Virus record (IMG/VR): IMGVR_UViG_3300022173_000225
Span: 2,905-66,904 of that record
DNA length: 64,000 bases
Direction: 5' to 3' (one strand)
Source of the DNA: a virus
Lineage: Duplodnaviria > Caudoviricetes
In this document: positions 7,737-16,900 of the stretch, piece by piece
Layout: each line of letters opens with the position of its first letter
How positions within the stretch are numbered: the stretch's first letter is position 1
Notes under the pieces: generated by a model
The model's database searches: none
What the model was told of the DNA's origin: nothing
What the model saw: the letters and a program-made list of their open reading frames with translations, nothing else
Program-made: the position numbers and the translations under genes

Positions 7737-10700
7737 ATGAACCCGCTTGAGTTCCTTGCGGCGGTTTTGCCGTCGTCGGGTCACGGCCACTACTGCGTGG
7801 CGGAATTGAACACCGCTCGCAAGCAGCATGTCTTCGTCGAGGACCTGCAAGAAATCAAGCCCCACGTCAAGCAGTGGCTGGCAAAGAAGCGCGACGTGTA
7901 CTTCGCGCTCTCCACATTCGCAGACCCCGCCAACGGGCGTAAGGCCGACAACGCCGAGCACATCAAGGCGCTGTTCATCGACATGGACGGCTACGAGAGC
8001 AAGAAGGCTGCCGGCGAGGCGCTGTTCGGTTTCCTGGCCAAGACCGGCCTGGATGAATTCGGCACACCCCACATCCTGTCATCGGGCGGCGGGCTGCACG
8101 CCTACTGGCCCTTGAGTCAGGTGGCCGAGATCGCGCAGTGGAAGCCTGTGGCCGAGTCGTTCAAGCGCCTGTGCAAACAGGAAGGCCTGTCCATCGACAT
8201 GACTGTCACCGCCGACGCGGCGCGCGTGCTGCGCATCCCGGGCACCTTCAACTTCAAGGCCAAGTACGGCGAGCCTCGCCCGGTCAAGGTGCTGCAGGTA
8301 GGCGACGCCAAGGTCGATCTGCGCCGCTTCGGCGCCACGGTGCGCGGGCTGCTGCGTGAAGAGTTCGCACCCCCATCAAACAACCACGTTCTCTCCGGCA
8401 TTGCGCTACCCGGCGCAGCCCCCACGCGCAAGAACAGCGCCAAGTCCACGACGGCCGAGGCGTTGATGGGCAACTCGCTCACACGCTTCGAGACCATCTG
8501 GCTCAAGACCGAGAAGGGCAGCGGCTGCGCCCAACTCGACTACTACATGCACAACGCGCAGGACGACGGCATGGAGCCGCTGTGGCGCGGCCTGCTCTCC
8601 CTGGCCAAGGTGTGCGAAGACGGCGAGGAGTACGCCGCCAAACTCTCGGCGCTGCACCCCTACACCCCGCAACGCACCCGCGAGAAGCTCGACAGCATCA
8701 AGGGCCCGTACCCCTGCGTGAAGCTCGACGGCGAGAACCCCGGCATCTGCGGCGGCTGCGCCCACTGGGGCAGGATCACCAACCCGCTGGCGCTAGGCCG
8801 TGAAGTGGCTGTGGACAATGAGCCGCGCCAGATTGAGGTGCCGACGACGAAGGCAGCGCCTGCACACGAGGATGATGACGAGCCCGCGATCAAGCCCACC
8901 ACGCGCAGCTTCACCCGGCCGGCACCCCCGAAGGGTTTCGACTACGGCCGCCACGGCGGCGTGTACCGCACGGTGGAGTTGGAAGACAGCACCGGCCAGA
9001 AGTCCAAGGTCCAGGTTGTCGTGCTGCCCTATGACCTGTACGTGGTCGAGATGCTGCGCATGGAAGCCAACGAGAAGTTCGCCCACCTCATGGCGATCAA
9101 GCCCTGCGGCCCGGAAGACGACGAAGGCAAACGTCCGATGGAGTACATCCCGATCCTGCTGCCCCAGAAGACGATCGTGTCCAAGGACGAGTTGCTCAAG
9201 GTCCTGGCCGGCTTCGGCGTGACGGCCGCCAACGGCAAGTTCAACGACCCCTTCCTCTACGACTACGTGCGCGGCGCTGTGGAGCAGGCGGGCATGGAGC
9301 GCGAGGCCATCGACGTGCCGATCCAGTTCGGCTGGCAGAAGGACCGCAGCTTCGTCTACAACAACAGGATCTTCCGCGCTGACGGCAACACGCTGCCCGT
9401 GCCCATGCCGGGCCTGGAGAACATCAACCGCGTCACCGACGCCAAGGGCACCATCGAGGAGTGGCGCGGCTTCTGGGAAGTCATGGTCAAGCGCAAGATG
9501 CACACGATGCTGGCGCTGTGCCTCAACGCCTTCGGCTCCACGCTCATGCACTTCAGCGAGTACGAGGGCTTCGTCTGGCACATCGGCTCCACCGCCTCAG
9601 GCACCGGCAAGTCGCTCACGCTGACCGCCATCGCAAGCGTCTGGGGGCACCCGATCCGTTACCGCACCGGCAAGGGCACCTCCCAGGTCGCCATGCAACA
9701 GCGCGCAGGCCTGCTCAACAGCCTGCCCTTGCTGATCGACGAGATCACCACCAAGGCCCGCAACGACGTGGAGTGGATCCCCGAGTTCATCTTCAACATC
9801 TCCGAGGGCCAGGGCAAGGAGCGCATGGAGTCCGGCGCCAACCGCGAGCGGGTGAACAACAGCACCTGGGCGCTGTCCTGCACCATGACCTCAAACACCC
9901 ACCTGACGGACGTGCTCACCGGCGCGCGCAAGCACTCCAGCAACGGCGAGGTGATGCGCATGCTGGAGTGGAACCCCACCAAGCAGCTGAACTTCACGGA
10001 TGAGGAGCGTGAGCACATCGGCGCCATGCGCCAGAACTACGGCGTGGCGGGCGAGATGTGGGTCCAGTATCTGGTGTCCAACTACACCACGGTGCGCAAG
10101 GTCTGGGACCGCACGCACGACCTGCTGCGCGAGCAGATGGGCTTCGCCGACGAGGAGCGCTACTGGCACTCGGCCTGCACCGCGGTCATCGCGGCGGCCA
10201 TCCTGTGCAGTTCCAAATACGCCGGGATCATCGATGTGCCTGTGCAAGGCGTGATGGACGCTCTGCTGGGGCTGGTGAACAAGGCCCGCGAGAACCACAA
10301 GAAGTCTGTGCGCACCGCCGAGGATGTGCTCTCCAGCTTCATCGGGGACCACAACGGGCGCTTCGTCACCGTGCGCCGCGACGAACTGGGCAAGACCAAG
10401 GCCGAGCTTGGCATGGACCTCTCCACCCGCAGCAGCACCAAGGGCTCGGTCATGGGCCGGGTCGAACTGGGCGTCAAGAACGAGACCAAGGACTTCTACA
10501 TCGAGGAGCAGCTGATGCGCCAGCACTGCGCGGCCATGAGCTTCGGCTACGCGGACTTCAAGCGCCAGATGATCGAGCTCGTGCGCACCCGCCGCGCCAA
10601 AGGCCAGATGTACGAGGTCAAGTTCGAGGTGAAGAAGAACCTGACCGCCGGCACCGACTCACCCGAGATGCGGGTCAACACCATGCGCTTCAGCGCCCCG

Positions 10701-10745
10701 ATGGGAGCCTTTGGTGAAGATGACGTGGCCGTGGAACAGGCTTGA
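7737..10745 (+). CDS. Primase-helicase (RepB-like/AEP primase plus DUF927-like helicase, 1002 aa)
   Basis: LFIDMD, SSGGGLHAYW, RVLRIPGTFN, Zn-binding CxxxxxxxxxxCxxC, Walker A ASGTGKS, LLIDE. Confidence 0.88.
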   Translation: MNPLEFLAAVLPSSGHGHYCVAELNTARKQHVFVEDLQEIKPHVKQWLAKKRDVYFALSTFADPANGRKADNAEHIKALFIDMDGYESKKAAGEALFGFLAKTGLDEFGTPHILSSGGGLHAYWPLSQVAEIAQWKPVAESFKRLCKQEGLSIDMTVTADAARVLRIPGTFNFKAKYGEPRPVKVLQVGDAKVDLRRFGATVRGLLREEFAPPSNNHVLSGIALPGAAPTRKNSAKSTTAEALMGNSLTRFETIWLKTEKGSGCAQLDYYMHNAQDDGMEPLWRGLLSLAKVCEDGEEYAAKLSALHPYTPQRTREKLDSIKGPYPCVKLDGENPGICGGCAHWGRITNPLALGREVAVDNEPRQIEVPTTKAAPAHEDDDEPAIKPTTRSFTRPAPPKGFDYGRHGGVYRTVELEDSTGQKSKVQVVVLPYDLYVVEMLRMEANEKFAHLMAIKPCGPEDDEGKRPMEYIPILLPQKTIVSKDELLKVLAGFGVTAANGKFNDPFLYDYVRGAVEQAGMEREAIDVPIQFGWQKDRSFVYNNRIFRADGNTLPVPMPGLENINRVTDAKGTIEEWRGFWEVMVKRKMHTMLALCLNAFGSTLMHFSEYEGFVWHIGSTASGTGKSLTLTAIASVWGHPIRYRTGKGTSQVAMQQRAGLLNSLPLLIDEITTKARNDVEWIPEFIFNISEGQGKERMESGANRERVNNSTWALSCTMTSNTHLTDVLTGARKHSSNGEVMRMLEWNPTKQLNFTDEEREHIGAMRQNYGVAGEMWVQYLVSNYTTVRKVWDRTHDLLREQMGFADEERYWHSACTAVIAAAILCSSKYAGIIDVPVQGVMDALLGLVNKARENHKKSVRTAEDVLSSFIGDHNGRFVTVRRDELGKTKAELGMDLSTRSSTKGSVMGRVELGVKNETKDFYIEEQLMRQHCAAMSFGYADFKRQMIELVRTRRAKGQMYEVKFEVKKNLTAGTDSPEMRVNTMRFSAPMGAFGEDDVAVEQA

Positions 10746-10980
10746 AGTGGGCCAGGGCTTCTTCGTGCCCTGTGTCGACGTGGCCAAGGTCCGCGAAATC
10801 GGCCTCAGGGCAGCCGTAGGCGCTCGGGTGAGGGCAGAGGGTCGCCCCGCCATCGTTCGAGGCGCCTACGGCGTTTGGTTCAGCCGCCTGCCCGACGCTG
10901 TGCGTCGCGGATCTGGCGCGCCAGCGTCAACTCCACCTGCCGCAGACGGTCCACCTGATCCCGCTTCTGATCCGGGGTGA
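10720..10980 (+). CDS. Hypothetical protein, last + strand gene of the replication block
   Basis: MTWPWNRLEVGQGFFVPC...GVWFSR; 3' end overlaps convergent gene. Confidence 0.6.
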   Translation: MTWPWNRLEVGQGFFVPCVDVAKVREIGLRAAVGARVRAEGRPAIVRGAYGVWFSRLPDAVRRGSGAPASTPPAADGPPDPASDPG

Positions 10981-13900
10981 GTTCCTTGTTGGCCAGGATG
11001 GCGCGGCGCACCTGGGCCAACTCCCCCATCTGCTGGCGGAACGCGCCGCCGGTGGCGTTCAAGGCGATCTGCATGCTGAAGTCCTGGGCGAACTTCTGTG
11101 CGTCGGCGCGCCGGCCCTGCTCGATCATGCGCTTGTAGGTCTGGGTGGCCTGCTGCCACGACTCGATGTCCTTGTAGGCCTCGTCGATCACGCCCCGGCC
11201 GTCGGTGGGCTGGAACAACGCCCCGATCAGCGGCAGCTGGTTCGCAGTCTTGGTGGCGCCGTCGGCCAGCGCCTCGGACGGGTTCGCCATGCGCAGCGCG
11301 AAGTTGGAGAGGCCAACCAGTGTCAAGCCCAGCCCGCCCGTGTAGCCGCGCAGCAGGTAGTCGATCTGCACAGGTGAGAGCACCTCGGCCTTGCCCAGGA
11401 TCTTGGCAAGCTCGGTCGTGTTGTCCCGGAAGCGCTCGCCCTTCTGCACCGTCTGTTCGCGCCGGCCCTCGATGCTGTCGCCCGTGTAGAAGGAGTAGTT
11501 GGCCATGACCTCGATGGCCGGCTTGATGGCCTGGGGCATGCCGATCGGCAGGGAGTTGTAGGCCAGGGCGCCCATGGCTTTGGCTGCGTCTTTGGTCTGC
11601 GTGTCGCCGAACGCGGTGTTCAGCATGACCTCGGGCAGCGCCTTGAACGCGAAGCCCAATTCGAACGGGATCGGCACCTTCAGCGGCTGGTCCAGACCCG
11701 GCAGCGGCAGGAACCAGTTCTGCGCGCGCTCCTGCGGCGTGGCGTTCTTGTAGGCATCGTCGTCCTGCATCATGGCGGTGTAGGCCAGGGTGCCGGCCAT
11801 CATCATGGCGCCGCGCTGGATCAGCTTGCGCTGCACGTCCAGCTTCTTCTCGAAGGTCGTCTGCCCCTTGGCCGCCCGGTAGATCACATCCAGGCCCTGC
11901 ACCTGCGCGTTGAAGAACGGCACCAGCATGGACATCATCTGCATGGTGGGCGACAGGCCCTTGCGCGCGAAGTTCATCGACTCCAGCGCGGCCAGCGTGG
12001 ACTGCATGTGCGTCATGCCCTGCTTGCGGAACTTGTCGTAGAGCACGGCGCGGGTGGCGGTGTCGCCCTGCATGGCGAACTTGTCGGCCGCCATCATCAC
12101 CTTGTGCCAAGCCGACTTGCCTTGGGCCACGTCGCGCAGGATGCGCGCCTGATCCTGCTGGTCGCCGGTGATCACGTTGGAACTGACTGCACCTGCGCGC
12201 TCCAGGCCGTCGGCCGCTGCGCTCTTGCCCTGCACGATCTTGGAGAGTTCCTTCACGCTGCTGACCACCGGGGTGAAGTTGCCGCCGGAGACAAGCCACG
12301 CGTTGATAGGTTCGCGGATGATCTGGCGGATGGCGTAGGCCGGCGCCCGGGTGATCATGGTGCGCAGCAAGTTGGCCGGGATCTGCATGGCACGCAGCGC
12401 CGCGGGGATCGTGGTCTTGATGCCTTCCAGGCCCTTGACCAGCAGTTCGGCCGGCACGCCCCACTCTTCGACAGCCTGCTCGATGTTGAGGTGCACCTGC
12501 TCGCCGTTGACCTTGAAGTTGACGCTGGTGCCGTTGTCGGGCCCGGTGTTCTTGCGGATCTTGCCCACACCCAGGGTCTGCAGCATGTTGCTAAGTTCCA
12601 TGGTCTGCTTGTTGCGCAGCGCCATGTCGATCAGCATCGAGGTGTTCTGCATCGCGCCGGTGAAGAACGGCAGGATCTTGTCATTGCCGCCCACCAGTTC
12701 CTTGAGGTAGGGCTGGTCCTTGATGTTGCCGATGCGCACGGGCGTCTCGCCTGCGATGATCAGGTTCACCACGCCGCTGGGGTCCTGGCGGTAGTAGGGC
12801 ACGTAGTCGCCCTTCTTGAGCGCTGTGGCCTGGGGCTTGTCCATGGCGCCCGTCTGCACGAGGAAGTCCAGCAAGCCGTTGTTGTACTCGCGGTACATCT
12901 GGCGCGCAGACTCGAACGCTTCCTTGCGCGCGGGGTCGGCTGCCACAAAGGCCTTGACCTCGGCGGCCTGCTCGGCGGTGACGGGGCGGTCGAAGTTGAG
13001 CTTGTCGAAGCCCACCTGCTCACCGCGCAGCACGGCCAGATAGGTCGTGAACAGTTCCTCGGTGGCTTGCTCGTTGCCCACGTTGGCCTTGGTCAGCGCC
13101 TGCGCGATCTTCATCAGGTTGGGGTGCTGACCCTCAGGGGTCTCGATGACGAAGTCACCCTCAGCCGTCTTGCGCAGCTGTGGCACGCCGTTGGTGGCGG
13201 CCTGCTCGACGAACTGGTTGCGCTGCTCGCCGAAGCGCATGAAGTAGCTGTACTGGGCGGCCTGCAGATCGGTGATCATGCCCTTGGCCACGCCCTTGCG
13301 CATCAGGTCCTCGTAGGGGTCGAAGCGGTCCACGAACTGCGCGCGGAAGCCGGCCACGTTGGCCAGGATCTTGTCCTTGACGGATGGGTTCTTGCCCACG
13401 GTGCCGGTGGCCAGCGCCTGCAGATCCTGCGGGACGTCGGCGTTGAAGGCGGGTTTGGTGCCGGGGAACACGCCGCGCATGATGCTGGGCACGCCCTGGT
13501 GGCGGTACTCGAAGCTGCGCGAGGGTGCGAACAGGCGCATGGTGTCGACCATGGCCTTGGTCGAGGTGGAAGGCACGTTGACGCCCAGCAGCCGCAGGAA
13601 GCCGTTGTACAGGCGCGTGAGCAGCGGCACGGAGCCAGCGGTGTACTTGTCGAGCTTCTCACGCACCGTCGGGTTGGTCATGATCTCGGCCGTGAACTCC
13701 AGCAGGTCCTTGCGCGCGTACTCCTTGGAGAACTCAGGCGTGTCCTTGATGCGGTTGTACAGCGCCTGCAGATCGCCCAGCGCCTGTTGCTGCTCTGCGT
13801 TGAGCGGGATGTCGCCCGAGATGGCCCGGATGGTGGCGGCGTGCACAAACTCGTGCATCACCGTTTCCTGGGACATGGCCATGCTGTCGAGCACCACCTC

Positions 13901-16900
13901 GTTGCGCTGCGGGAAGAGAGCACCCTCGGCGCGGCGCCCGCCAATGGTCAGACCGTCTTTCGTGCGGGTGCGCGTGCGCAGCAGGAAGGGACGCACGGCA
14001 GCTGCCACCGCGCGCAGTGTGGGCGTGGCGCCGTTGGCTGCGATGTCGTCCAGCAAGTCCAGGGTGCGCCCGTCGAAGGCTGCCTCGGCCGCTTCTTCGC
14101 TGAGATCGTGCGTCTGGCGGTCGGCGTAGAACGCGTTGTCCTCGCGCAGGAGCGCGTCGTCGTAGCCGTCGGTGTCGAACTCCATGTCGTCAATGGCGCT
14201 CTGGACCTTCGACTTGGGGCCGCGTGGCTTCTCTTCCAGCGCCCGGATGAGCACCTGACCCACGGTCTGTGCGTCGTCGACCTGCTTGCGGCGCTTGGGC
14301 GGCGTGCCCTTCTTGAGCGCGGCGGCTTCCTTGTTGGCGGCTGCAGCCTCGTCTTTGATGCGCTTGGCTTCCAGGTTGGCCACCATCTGCTCGGCGCGGC
14401 TGACGGGCGTGTCGCGCTCCTTGGGGCGCTGGGACTCGACGATGCGCTGGCGCTGTGATCCGGCGCGCTGCTCTGCGGTCTCGGCGTTGCCCGTGCGGAA
14501 CCCACCGGTCTGGCGTGTCTCGCGCATGGCCGGGCTGCTGGTGCGGCGCTTGGTTTGCCCCTCGGTCAACGACTCGACGCTGGCGGCATCGGCGTTTCGC
14601 TTGGACTGTGAGCGGGTGTCGGCCTGGGCGAGGCGCTCGGCCTGCGACACGATGGCTTCGCGGCGGATGCCCCACGCCTTGGAGAGCTTCTGGCCCTGCT
14701 TCTGCAACTGGTCCATCAGCCGCGCCACCCGGTCCTGCGCCTTGGCGCGCTGGGGGCTGTCGACATCGGCGGCGTCGTACTCGGCCTGCGCGCGCTGCAG
14801 CATCTCGATGCGCTTGCGCTGGGCGGCCAGCTTGCCCTCGACGTTCTCCAGCCGGGCCTGGGCTTTCTTCTCCAGCGCCTCGCTGCGGGCCTTGTACTCG
14901 ACAGCGGCTTCATCAAACTGCGTGCGCTGCTCTTCGTTCATCGGCACACGGCCCAGGATGTCTTCGAGGACTGCCATGCGCGCGCCGGCTTCGTCCAGGC
15001 TCTCTTGGTCCAGACGGCGAGGCTCGAACGACACCGACTCGCGACGGGTGCCGGGGCCTTCTTGGCGGGCGGAGAGCGTCTCCTGCTCGGCGCGGCGGCG
15101 ATCGCCATCTTTGCGCTCACGGTCCAGCTGGGTCTCCAGCTTGCCGCCGGGCAGCTTGCCGCGGGCTTCACGGATGCGCTCAATGGCCTGCTGGCGCAGC
15201 GTGGGCACAGGTTCGCCGACCCGCAGCGCTTCACGGTCCAGCGTCGTTGCTTCTGCGTTGACAGCGTCGATGCCGGCTTCGGCGCCCCTGCGCTTGTCCT
15301 TGGCCAGCGCCAGGATCTGGTCTGCACGTGACTTGTTGTCACGCAGCGACTGGAACTCCGGGTCGACTTCCAGCTGGGCAAGGGCTGCGTCGAGTCGTGC
15401 TTGCGCACGGTTGCGCACGCTGGTGAGGCCGCCGATGCGACGTGCCTGCTGCGCGCGTTGCTGGGAAAGGGCTCGTGCCTGCTGCTGGAATGTGGCCAGG
15501 GCGCGCCCGTCTGCGTCGGCCCGGGCAAGACCGCTGGGGTGTGCAGCGCGTGCGCGTGTGCTGGCGGTGACCAACTGAGCTTCCAGATCCGCCACCTGCT
15601 TTTCCAGACGGTTGAACTCGGCCAGCTTGGGGCGGCTGATGGGGTCGGACGAACTGAACAGCGTGGGCGTGTACTTGGCCAGCTTCTGCTTGGCGTCAGC
15701 CACCTTGCGCGACAGGTCGATCATCTGCGTCTGGGCCTTGCGCAGCGCGGTGAACTCCCGCTCCTGCATCTGCCCGGCCTGATTCAGCTGCTTCAGGTTG
15801 TCGGCGATCTGCCCTGCGATGACGGCGTCTTCGTCAAAGGCCGCCTGCAGCTTCTCCTGGGCCGCCGTGAGCGCCTCGCTGTACTCGATGGTGGCAAAGT
15901 CAAGCACGTCCTGCGCTTCCATCACGGCTGCAGTGGCGTCGTCCACGTCCTTCTGGGACTTGGCATCTTCCTCGCCAGCCAGCGCACGCAACGCGTCGCG
16001 CCGGACCAGGAGCTTCTCGACCTGCGCCTGCAAGTCCGCAGCCTTCTTCTGCAGGGGCGCCACCATCTTGATGGCGCGCGACAGGGTCTCACGGGTCTGG
16101 CCCTGGGCCATCTTGATGGCTTCCAGCGCGTCGCTGCCCAGCCAGTCGTCAAACTCCGTCCAGCTGTCGAAGATCACGCCGGTGCCACCGAACATGTCGG
16201 GCTGCACAGCGGTCTTGCCGCCCTCGGTCTCCGAGCGCTTGCCTTGCTCCAGCCGGCCGAGTTCGTCGGTGATGGCGCGCTGCTGCTCAGTGATGTCCTG
16301 CCCGCGCTGCGCGCGCATGGCTGCCTCAACGGCGTTGTCGACCAGCGCTGGGGTCTTGACCTTGGACTCGGCAACTTGTTGCAGCAGCGGCTCGGCGGCC
16401 GTGCCGCGTGCCTGCGCCTGGGCGGTGGCCAGACGTTCGTCTTGCCCACGGGTGCTGTCCGTGCGGTCGGTACCCCGGCCGGTCTCCTGCGTGCCCGCGC
16501 GACGGTTGCGGATCTCGTCAAGGCCTTCCAGGATGCTCTGCGCGGCGGCGTAGCGGTTGCCGAAGGTGCGGCTGCCTTTGTCCTGCGTCTCGAAGTTCTC
16601 CAGCCCCATGCCGGTGGGCCCGGCTCCTTCGCCCGGCAGATCGGTGCGGAAGTCGCCACCGCGCCGCTGCACGGGCTCCATCTGGGGCTCCTTGCGGGTG
16701 CCCAGGTTCACTTCGTCACGCGTGTCGCCGAAGCGGTTCTTCAGGTCGGCCAGCAGGTCGCGCGCCTCAGCCATGACACTCTGGCGCTCCATCGTGCTCA
16801 TGGGACTACCGGTGATGGAGTCGATCTCGCGCACGAGGTTGTCGATCACGCCTTGCTCGGCCTGCTTGAGCGCAGCACCATCAGCCCGGCCACGGTTGAA

